Assembly (NCBI GenBank): GCA_016213525.1
Contig: JACRAE010000006.1
Coordinates: 16,691-80,690 of the forward strand
From: Candidatus Aenigmatarchaeota archaeon
GTDB lineage: Archaea; Aenigmatarchaeota; Aenigmatarchaeia; CG10238-14; SCSR01
Reading direction: 5' to 3'
DNA: 64,000 bases
Positions 10,561 to 18,077 of the stretch are shown in pieces (positions within the stretch are counted from its first letter, which is position 1; each line of letters opens with the position of its first letter). The notes beneath the pieces are model-generated. The model worked only from the letters and a program-made list of their open reading frames with translations. It ran no database searches and was not told the DNA's origin. Made by a program: the position numbers and the translations under genes.

Positions 10561-10680
10561 GGGAGGGTAGCTTAGCCTGGTTGGAGCGATCGACTTATAT
10601 GTCGACTAAGCGCCTGTCGCATGCTCTTGGGCATCGACTAGGAAATCGATAGGTCGCGGGTTCAAATCCCGCCCTTCCCA
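10561..10680 (+). tRNA. tRNA-Ile(TAT) with a 45-nt intron at 37/38 (10600-10644)
   Basis: GGGAGGG/CCTTCCC acceptor, ATCGA/TCGAT anticodon stem, loop CT-TAT-A|A (anticodon 10596-10598), GCGGG-TTCAAAT-CCCGC T-arm. BHB: CTTA pairs with TAGG, GTCGA pairs with TCGAC. Confidence 0.95.
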
Positions 10681-10684
10681 TCGA

Positions 10685-11326
10685 CTATTTTTGCCGGTTC
10701 GCGCCGGCCTTCAGGAAGCTGACTATCCTCTTCCTCGGTATCACGCCCTCCCTCACCACCTCCACGCGGCCCCCGGTGACGTCGACGACCGTCGAGGGTC
10801 TGCCGTACTCGCACTCCCCCGAGTCGAGCACGACGTCCACCTTCTCGCCTATCTGCTCTATGGAGTCCTTCGCGCTCACCGGGTCCGTCTTGCCGGAGAG
10901 GTTTGCGGAGGTCGCCGTTATCGGGAAGCGCGTCTTCTCTAGAATGGCCTGCACAACTCTGTTGCTCGATATCCTGACGGCAATCCTGTCCCCGCCGAAA
11001 ATCTCACCGAGGTTTATCTTAGCTGGCAATATCAGAGTGATGGGCCCCGGCATGAAAAGCTCAGCAAGCCTCCTAGAATTTTCGTTGAAGACCGCGTACT
11101 TCTCCGCCTGCCCCAGGTCCCGGAAAACAATCGATATCGGCTTGTCTTCTTTTCTGCCTTTTATGTCGAAGACTTTCTGCGTCGACTCCGTGTCCATTAT
11201 GTTCGCCCCCAGACCGTAGAGTGTCTCGGTCGGGTACACCACTATCCCTCCCAGCTGGAGTATGCGGGCGGCCTTGTCCACGACGTCGGGCTGCGGCCTC
11301 TTAGGGTCGACCTTGAAAATCTGCAT
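10685..11326 (-). CDS. sua5: Threonylcarbamoyl-AMP synthase (Sua5/TsaC, YrdC domain only)
   Basis: YPTETLYGLG, KGR, PGPITLIL, TATSANLSG, PSTVVD; start set to ATG of MQIFKV because the longer ORF overlaps lysS. Confidence 0.93.
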   Translation of the reverse strand: MQIFKVDPKRPQPDVVDKAARILQLGGIVVYPTETLYGLGANIMDTESTQKVFDIKGRKEDKPISIVFRDLGQAEKYAVFNENSRRLAELFMPGPITLILPAKINLGEIFGGDRIAVRISSNRVVQAILEKTRFPITATSANLSGKTDPVSAKDSIEQIGEKVDVVLDSGECEYGRPSTVVDVTGGRVEVVREGVIPRKRIVSFLKAGANRQK

Positions 11327-11357
11327 ACTAATAAAAACGGTTTGCGAATAATTAACT

Positions 11358-12908
11358 ATGTCAAATGAGGAGCACCGCGACTTCTGGCCGTTCGGCATAG
11401 CGAAGGAGCTGATTTCTGGCTGGGAGGCGGAGAGGCATGTCATAACCACCGGCGTGTCGATGTCCGGCGACCCGCACATAGGGAACGCGAACGACGTGAT
11501 AAGGGGCGACGCGATAAGGCTCGCCCTGGAGAAGCTCGGGGCGAAGGCGGAGCTAGTGTGGATATCGGACGACATGGACCCGTTCAGGAGCGTGCCGGCC
11601 GGGATGCCGCAGGAAATGGAGGATTATCTAGGGGTTCCGGCCGCCCTCATACCGGACTTCTGGGACGACGGGCACAAGGACTTCATCGAGCACTTCGAGG
11701 AAAAGTTCCTCAGGCAGCTAGCCGAGGTCGGGGTGAAGCCCACCGTGAAGCGCGGGATAGACATGTACAGGGCGGGCGAGTACAACGAGTCGATAAAGGT
11801 CGCGATGGGGAAGAGGGGAGAGGTAGCTGAGATACTGAACAAGTTCAAGCAGGTCAAGCTCGGCGAGGGCTGGTATCCGATAAACGTGATATGCGAGAAG
11901 TGCAGCAAGATTTCCACGACCGTCATCAAGGGCTACGACGAGGAGTCCTGCGAGGCCGAGTATTTTTGCAACGACGAGACAGTGCTCCTCCAGAGGAAGA
12001 ACCCGGTCAGGGGATGTGGGCACTCAGGCAAAGTCTCCGTGCTGGACGGGCACGCCAAGATAACGTGGAGGGTCGAGTGGCCTGCCAGATGGTCTTTCCT
12101 TGGGACGACGTGCGAGCCCTTCGGGAAGGAGCACTCGAGCGCCGGCGGCAGCTGGGACACCGGGAAGGAGATAGCAGAGAAGGTGTTCGGTTACAAGGCG
12201 CCGCATCCAGTGGTCTACGAGCACTTCCTCGTCAACGGCGAGAAGATGAGCAAGAGCAAGGGCAACGTGATTACGGTGGACGACATGCTGAGGTACATGC
12301 TGCCGCAGCACCTCAGGTACTGGATGTTCCAGGGAAGGCTGACGATAGCGAAGAACATTGTCTTGAAGGACATCTCGCCCAGGGTGTTCGACGAGTTCGA
12401 CAGGGCGGAGCTCGCGTACTTCGACCCAGAGTCCGTCGAGGACGAGAGGGAGAGGAACAACCTGGCGAGCGCCTACGAGCTGTCGATGTCGGGCAAGATA
12501 CCGACAGAGATGGTCCACATACCGTTCGCCGAGATGAAGTCGCTCGTGGAGAGCGGCGAGAAGATAAAGACGGGCGGGGGGATCGCGGAGAAGAAGGTCG
12601 AGATAGTGCGCAATTGGGTCAGGGACTTCGAGCCGAAGAAGGAGGAGGCGAAGTTGGAGGTCGAAATCGGCGACGCGGAGAGGAGGGTTCTGCGGGACCT
12701 GATAGAGGTCATAGAGTCCGAGAAAGGAGGGGACGAGCTGCAGACGGGAATTTTCGAAGTCGCGAAGAGGAACGGCATGAGACCGGCGGACTTCTTCAGG
12801 CTCGTCTACGGAGTCCTCCTCGGATCCGATAAAGGACCCAGACTCGGCCCGTACATAGCGGAGACGGGAAAAGCAAAAGTAATAGGGAAACTAAAGAATG
12901 CAATATGA
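11358..12908 (+). CDS. lysS: Lysyl-tRNA synthetase, class I
   Basis: SGDPHIGN (HIGH), EPFGKEH, KMSKSKGN, GPRLG. Confidence 0.97.
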   Translation: MSNEEHRDFWPFGIAKELISGWEAERHVITTGVSMSGDPHIGNANDVIRGDAIRLALEKLGAKAELVWISDDMDPFRSVPAGMPQEMEDYLGVPAALIPDFWDDGHKDFIEHFEEKFLRQLAEVGVKPTVKRGIDMYRAGEYNESIKVAMGKRGEVAEILNKFKQVKLGEGWYPINVICEKCSKISTTVIKGYDEESCEAEYFCNDETVLLQRKNPVRGCGHSGKVSVLDGHAKITWRVEWPARWSFLGTTCEPFGKEHSSAGGSWDTGKEIAEKVFGYKAPHPVVYEHFLVNGEKMSKSKGNVITVDDMLRYMLPQHLRYWMFQGRLTIAKNIVLKDISPRVFDEFDRAELAYFDPESVEDERERNNLASAYELSMSGKIPTEMVHIPFAEMKSLVESGEKIKTGGGIAEKKVEIVRNWVRDFEPKKEEAKLEVEIGDAERRVLRDLIEVIESEKGGDELQTGIFEVAKRNGMRPADFFRLVYGVLLGSDKGPRLGPYIAETGKAKVIGKLKNAI

Positions 12909-13936
12909 GTTCGGTCTTCAAGAACGAGTCCGTGATGTCGCCGGACTTCCTGCCATCCATACTGCCTTTCAGGGAGACGCAGGTCGCGCGGATAGCCGAG
13001 AACATGGAGTCCGCAGCCGACGGCGGATCGGGCCAGAACACTTTCATATTCGGGCCGCCGGGAATAGGGAAGACGGCCACGGTCAGGTTCGTTTTCAGGC
13101 AGTTCGAGGACGAGTATCCGGGCATCAGGGCCGTCTATGTCAACTGCTGGGACTGCAACACCTCGATAGCCGTGATGTCCAAGATAACGAACGACCTGGG
13201 AGTCTTCGTGCCGCGGAGGGGTCTGGGGAAGGACGAGGTTTCAGGGAAGTTTCAGGAGGCCGTAGGGAAGTCCAAGGGCGGCGTCGTGGTCTGCCTGGAC
13301 GAGGTCGACCAGCTTGTCAACAAGGAACCGGGCGCCCTCTACAGCCTCATACGACTGGGAGGCCCGAGGCAGCTCACGCTGGTAATGATATCGAACGACC
13401 CTCACATAATGTCGAAGCTTGAGAACAGGGTAACGAGCAGCCTCAGCGCCGAGGAGGTCGAGTTCAGGTCCTACAATATCGACGAGATGAAGGGCATACT
13501 CTCAGAGAGGGCCAGGACCGCGTTCTCGTCTTTCGAAAGCGCTGCGATAATGCTCGCGGCGAACCACGCCATACGGAAGGGCGGGGACGTCAGGGTCGGG
13601 CTTCAGTGCCTCCAGAGAGCCGGCAGAGTCGCCGAGAAGGTCGGGGATTCGAGGCTCTTGGCGAAGCATGTGAGGGACGTCGTATCCGTCGTCAAGGAGG
13701 CGAAGCCCCAGATAGTCATGAAGAAGCTCAACGCGCACGAGAAGTCCATAGTAGAGATAGTCGCGAAGAAGTCTCCGATGTCCTTCGGGGAGCTGTTCGC
13801 GGCGTACAGGAAGTCCGTGGAGAAGCCGTCGAGCGAGAGGATGGTGCAGGAATACGTGAGGCACCTCGAGCAGGCGAAGATGATAAGGCTCAGCGAGAAG
13901 AAGGTCGCGGGCAAGAGGATGGTCTATGCGGTCTGA
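12905..13936 (+). CDS. cdc6: Cdc6/Orc1 family AAA+ replication initiator
   Basis: LPFRETQ, GPPGIGKT, YVNC, LDEVDQL, C-terminal winged helix. Confidence 0.9.
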   Translation: MSSVFKNESVMSPDFLPSILPFRETQVARIAENMESAADGGSGQNTFIFGPPGIGKTATVRFVFRQFEDEYPGIRAVYVNCWDCNTSIAVMSKITNDLGVFVPRRGLGKDEVSGKFQEAVGKSKGGVVVCLDEVDQLVNKEPGALYSLIRLGGPRQLTLVMISNDPHIMSKLENRVTSSLSAEEVEFRSYNIDEMKGILSERARTAFSSFESAAIMLAANHAIRKGGDVRVGLQCLQRAGRVAEKVGDSRLLAKHVRDVVSVVKEAKPQIVMKKLNAHEKSIVEIVAKKSPMSFGELFAAYRKSVEKPSSERMVQEYVRHLEQAKMIRLSEKKVAGKRMVYAV

Positions 13937-14331
13937 GATTTTTTCATTCTGTGCTTCAACGAGTAATTCGAAGTGTGGTGTTTTACCAGAATCTCTGTTA
14001 GGTCGCCTAGTTTCCGATTGAACACGTCGTCGCATTCTCGGAAAGTCTCTTTCATCTCCTTCATAATATTTTTGTTGTAGGAAACCGGGACCGATATCAG
14101 GACCCTTATCGAGCCCCCGTCGCCGGATTTTCCCACCTCATAGTCCTTCACTTTGACTTCATTTTTGTAGAACTGCTCTATCTCCCCCTTCACATAGTCT
14201 CCGACCCTACAGCCCGAGTGGTCCTTGACGCTGCACCTGGAGGTGCGTGGCAGGCCGTTCCTTTCATCCAACGAGTAAACGGAGTGCCCCTTAAAATTAA
14301 TTTTAATTTCAAACAGCCTGTCGTCTTTCAT
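13924..14331 (-). CDS. Hypothetical protein
   Basis: ORF with its own TATA-like upstream sequence; AT-richer; no motif recognised. Confidence 0.55.
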   Translation of the reverse strand: MKDDRLFEIKINFKGHSVYSLDERNGLPRTSRCSVKDHSGCRVGDYVKGEIEQFYKNEVKVKDYEVGKSGDGGSIRVLISVPVSYNKNIMKEMKETFRECDDVFNRKLGDLTEILVKHHTSNYSLKHRMKKSQTA

Positions 14332-14367
14332 GATTTGATATTGTGGGTCTAAAGGATTTATCCGCCT

Positions 14368-15690
14368 CTAGGGGACGAGGCGCTTGGGGTCCCTCGCGAA
14401 CAGCGTCGACTCGCGCACGTTCTCCAGGTCGAGAAGCTTCTCGACAAACCTCTCTATGCCTATGGCGAAGCCCCCGTGAGGACATGCGCCGTACTTGAAG
14501 GGGTCCGTGAACCAGCTCATCGTCTTCGGGTCGATCTTCTTCTCGTGCAGCTGTGAGATTACTTTGTCGTACCTGTGCTCCCTCTGGCCGCCGGACGACT
14601 GCTCCAGGCCCTTGAATACCATGTCGACGCTCCTCGCCCATGTCTGGTCGTCGTCAACCTTCATCACGTAGAAGGGCTTGACCGCGAACGGGAACCTATT
14701 GACGAAGAAGAAGTCGTGGTTGTGCTTCTCCTTCACGTACTTCGACAGGGCAAGCTCCGCCTCCCTGTCATAATCCTGGCCGAACGGGACCTTGATTCCC
14801 ACGTCCTCCAGAATTTTATAGACGTCGGGGAACGCGAGCTCCGGGAAGTTCCTCTTCGGAATCTGTATCTCCTTCTTCAGCAGGCCGAGCTCCCTCTGGC
14901 AGTCCTCAGCGACCTTTCTTATCGTGTGAATCACCATGTCCTCCTGCATCTTCATGACGTCCTTCTCGTCTTTGATGAAAGACATCTCCACGGCGCAGCT
15001 CCTGAACTCCGTCATGTGCCTCGTCGTCAGGCTCATCTCGGCCCTCCAGCTGGGGCCCATGTCGTAGACCCTGTCGAAGCCGGCGAGCATGAGAAGCTGC
15101 CTGTGGAGCTGCGGGTCCTGCCTCAGGAAGGCCTCCGTCTCGAAGTATTTCACCTTGAATACCTCGGATCCGCCCTCCGACGCCCCGCCCATCAGGCAAG
15201 GCGTGTTCGTGTTCACGAATCCCCTTGACTCGAGGAACTCGCGCATCGCGGACATGACCTTGGACTCTATCTTGAAAATTGCGAGGCTGTCGGGCTTCCT
15301 CAGGTCCATGACGCGGTTGTCCATCCTGGTGTCAAATAGGGCCGGCGTGACCTCCCTTGGGTCTAGCGGTAGAGGGGTGACGGACTTGGAGACTATTTCG
15401 ATCTCGTCCGGCAGTATCTCGAACCCTATCTTGGCGACCTTGCTCTTCACGACCTTGCCCCTGACGGAGAGCACGTCCTCCTGCCTCAGCTTCGGAAAAA
15501 TATCCATTATCTCCTTCGTCGACTTCGTCTTAATACCGGTGACCTGGACTATGCCGCCCGCATCCCTCAGAAGGACGAAGTTTATCCCGCCGAGCACGCG
15601 GACGTCGTGAACCCACCCGGAGACGACTACTTCCTTGTCTACCATCTCTTCGAGCTCGTTTGTATATTTGGTACGTTGCAGAAACTTCAC
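14368..15690 (-). CDS. aspS: Aspartyl-tRNA synthetase (archaeal type)
   Basis: GWVHDVR OB-fold, SEGGSEVF, QDPQL, SGGQREH, PHGGFAIGIER, RDPKRLVP; GTG start overlaps the TGA of the upstream gene. Confidence 0.95.
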   Translation of the reverse strand: MKFLQRTKYTNELEEMVDKEVVVSGWVHDVRVLGGINFVLLRDAGGIVQVTGIKTKSTKEIMDIFPKLRQEDVLSVRGKVVKSKVAKIGFEILPDEIEIVSKSVTPLPLDPREVTPALFDTRMDNRVMDLRKPDSLAIFKIESKVMSAMREFLESRGFVNTNTPCLMGGASEGGSEVFKVKYFETEAFLRQDPQLHRQLLMLAGFDRVYDMGPSWRAEMSLTTRHMTEFRSCAVEMSFIKDEKDVMKMQEDMVIHTIRKVAEDCQRELGLLKKEIQIPKRNFPELAFPDVYKILEDVGIKVPFGQDYDREAELALSKYVKEKHNHDFFFVNRFPFAVKPFYVMKVDDDQTWARSVDMVFKGLEQSSGGQREHRYDKVISQLHEKKIDPKTMSWFTDPFKYGACPHGGFAIGIERFVEKLLDLENVRESTLFARDPKRLVP

Positions 15691-15935
15691 CCTACGACGT
15701 TGAAAACGATTATCCAGGAGGTAAGCCAGACGAGGAAGAAACTGGGCATGCTGTTGGTCAGGACCCATTTTATTTTCTTGCTGTCGTCGAATGTCTTGGA
15801 CAGGAAGAACGTTGCCGCATATCCGGCCGCGCCCGCCCCGACGGCCAGCATCTCAGATCCTAATATGGCGGAAACCGCTCCTGCAGCCAGTCCGATGGCG
15901 GTCGATGCTATTCCTATTTTCTGTTCGGGCTTCAT
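15687..15935 (-). CDS. Small membrane protein, archaeal EMC6-like family
   Basis: Three hydrophobic segments; C-terminal W...FFLVWLTSWIIVFN pattern. Confidence 0.6.
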   Translation of the reverse strand: MKPEQKIGIASTAIGLAAGAVSAILGSEMLAVGAGAAGYAATFFLSKTFDDSKKIKWVLTNSMPSFFLVWLTSWIIVFNVVG

Positions 15936-15978
15936 TTCAATCTGAAAAGAATACTATCGTTGGTGTTAATAAAACTCT

Positions 15979-16674
15979 CTACTCGCATCCCTGTTTCCTC
16001 TTCGACGAGAAGAACTCCCCGACTTTTTTCTGCCAGTTCTTCTCTATTATGTTCTGGGTCGTCATCCAAGACTTCCTCACGAACGACGGGAGCTCCTTCT
16101 TCTCCCTCACGAAGGACTCTATGAAGTCCGTCGTCCTCTTGTCGTGCGGGTACCCGACGCCGAAGTCCACGCCGACCCTCTTCTTCAGGTCCTCTATCGC
16201 CCTGTCTCTCTCCACCTTCGCCACTATGCTGGCGGCCGACACCACGACGACGGACTCGTCCATGTAGTTCTTCACCACCATGTCCGCCTTCTTTCCCTTC
16301 ATGTAGCCGACTATCTTCTTCTCGAATCCCTTAGGGTTCGACGAGAGCGCGTCTACGTACACCGTGCCCGGCGAGTCGTTCATCGTTATTATCTGGGCCA
16401 TCTTCATAGCCTCTATCATGTCGAGGTTCTGGCCGGACGCGCGGTAGTCGTCTATCGTGCACGGCTGAACGCGCAGGACTATTATGTTGGACGCGACCTT
16501 CTCGATTTTGCCTGCGAGCTCCTCCCTCCTCTTCGGCTTCAGGACCTTCGAGTCCTTGCAGCCCATCTCCTTCAGCTTCGCCTCGTCCTCTTTCCTGACT
16601 GTGACACCGGCTATCACGAGCGGTCCTAAGACAGCTCCCCTTCCAGCCTCATCGATGCCAGTTATGTTTTGCAT
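15979..16674 (-). CDS. rnhB: Ribonuclease HII
   Basis: GIDEAGRG, DSK, VSAASIVAKVERD, GVGYPHD. Confidence 0.97.
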   Translation of the reverse strand: MQNITGIDEAGRGAVLGPLVIAGVTVRKEDEAKLKEMGCKDSKVLKPKRREELAGKIEKVASNIIVLRVQPCTIDDYRASGQNLDMIEAMKMAQIITMNDSPGTVYVDALSSNPKGFEKKIVGYMKGKKADMVVKNYMDESVVVVSAASIVAKVERDRAIEDLKKRVGVDFGVGYPHDKRTTDFIESFVREKKELPSFVRKSWMTTQNIIEKNWQKKVGEFFSSKRKQGCE

Positions 16675-16731
16675 TCAGAAAAGCCCTGTTACAGATTGCC
16701 CAGTCGGTGCTTTAAGTTTTTTCGTGACCTT

Positions 16732-17217
16732 ATGTCTCTTGTGCCAGACCTCGAGAGAATCAGCCGCCAGGTTTTGAGAGGCAAATCCATCGAGGACGCG
16801 GTCGGCAAGTTCGACTGGCAGGAGTTCGAGAGGATAGTCGGCGACATATTCAGGCAGAACGACTTCCGCGTGAGCAACAACTTCCGCTTCAAAACAGGCA
16901 GAAGGTGGGAGGTCGACTTGGTTGCGGTGCGTGGGGGCACCGTGTTCTGCGTCGACTGCAAGCGCTGGTCAGCCGGGAGGCCGAAGAAGTGGGGTATAGC
17001 GAAGGCCGCTAGGGAGCAGGAGAAGCGAACCAAGGCGATGGGAAAATTTTTCAGGTCGAACGTCATAGCGAGGTCGCTCATGGGAATTCCGAACGGCAGG
17101 TTCGTGCCGATGATGGCCACGCTCCATGAGGAGGAGGTTGTTAGGGAGGGTCAGACGTTCGTAGTTCCGGTGAAGAAGCTCAACTCGTTCATAGTGCAGA
17201 GCGACGAGCTTTTGTGA
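16732..17217 (+). CDS. Mrr-like/PD-(D/E)XK restriction endonuclease-family protein
   Basis: WQEFERIV...EVDLVA...VDCKRW. Confidence 0.75.
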   Translation: MSLVPDLERISRQVLRGKSIEDAVGKFDWQEFERIVGDIFRQNDFRVSNNFRFKTGRRWEVDLVAVRGGTVFCVDCKRWSAGRPKKWGIAKAAREQEKRTKAMGKFFRSNVIARSLMGIPNGRFVPMMATLHEEEVVREGQTFVVPVKKLNSFIVQSDELL

Positions 17218-17272
17218 GTTGAAAATACACCTATATAAACCCTTCCAAACAATTATAAGGAAGGTATAATTA

Positions 17273-17926
17273 GTGGCTAACAAGTTCGGTATACGCGTTG
17301 AAAACATAGTTGCTTCTGCCAGCCTCGGAGTCGAGGTTCCGCTCGAGAAGATAGTTTCTAAGATGGAAGGCATGGAGTACGAGCCCGAGCAGTTCCCGGG
17401 CCTGGTATACAGGATGACCGATCCTAAGGCCGCGGCTTTGATATTCGGGTCCGGCAAGATAGTCTGTACCGGGGCCAGGAGCCTGGACGACGTAAAGGAG
17501 GTTTTCAGGAAGGTTGTTCTTATCGTGAAGAAGTCCGGCGCGAAGGTCCCGAAGGAGTACAAGTTCCAGGTAGAAAACATCGTCTCGTCCGCGAAGCTCG
17601 AGTCTAAGCTGAACCTGGACGACATAGCGTTCAACTTGGAGAACTCCGAGTACGAGCCCGAGCAGTTCCCGGGCCTCGTCTACAGGATGACCGAGCCGAA
17701 GGTCGCGTTCCTGTTGTTCGGCTCCGGTAAGATTGTCATCACGGGCGCGAGGAGCGTCAAGGACGTCAACACGGCCGTCGAGAAGGTCTCGAGGAAGCTC
17801 AAGGCCATAGGCGCCTTCAAGAAGGAGACTCCTGAGTCCATAGAGGAGGACAGGAAGAAGGAGGCCAAGATCGCGAGCAAGAAGGCGGCGAAGGAAGCGG
17901 CCGCGGCCGCTGCAGGCAAGAAGTAA
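17273..17926 (+). CDS. tbp: TATA-binding protein
   Basis: Two repeats of ENIV...EYEPEQFPGLVYR...FGSGKIV.TGA. Confidence 0.98.
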   Translation: MANKFGIRVENIVASASLGVEVPLEKIVSKMEGMEYEPEQFPGLVYRMTDPKAAALIFGSGKIVCTGARSLDDVKEVFRKVVLIVKKSGAKVPKEYKFQVENIVSSAKLESKLNLDDIAFNLENSEYEPEQFPGLVYRMTEPKVAFLLFGSGKIVITGARSVKDVNTAVEKVSRKLKAIGAFKKETPESIEEDRKKEAKIASKKAAKEAAAAAAGKK

Positions 17927-18077
17927 TATTTTTTCTCGTGTCTTTCGATTCGTTCCCGGCGGTCCTGTGTCCGCGCGCAGCGTATTTTTAAATTTTAAGA
18001 GAGTAGACTTCCGGTTCGGAATTTTTTTGGAATCATTTCATAAATTGAAAAGTTAAAAGAGCCTGACGTCAAGATAA

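Noticed and set aside
12905-14367. Replication origin directly beside cdc6
   Set aside because: cdc6 overlaps both neighbours, leaving no intergenic space, and no ORB repeats are seen.
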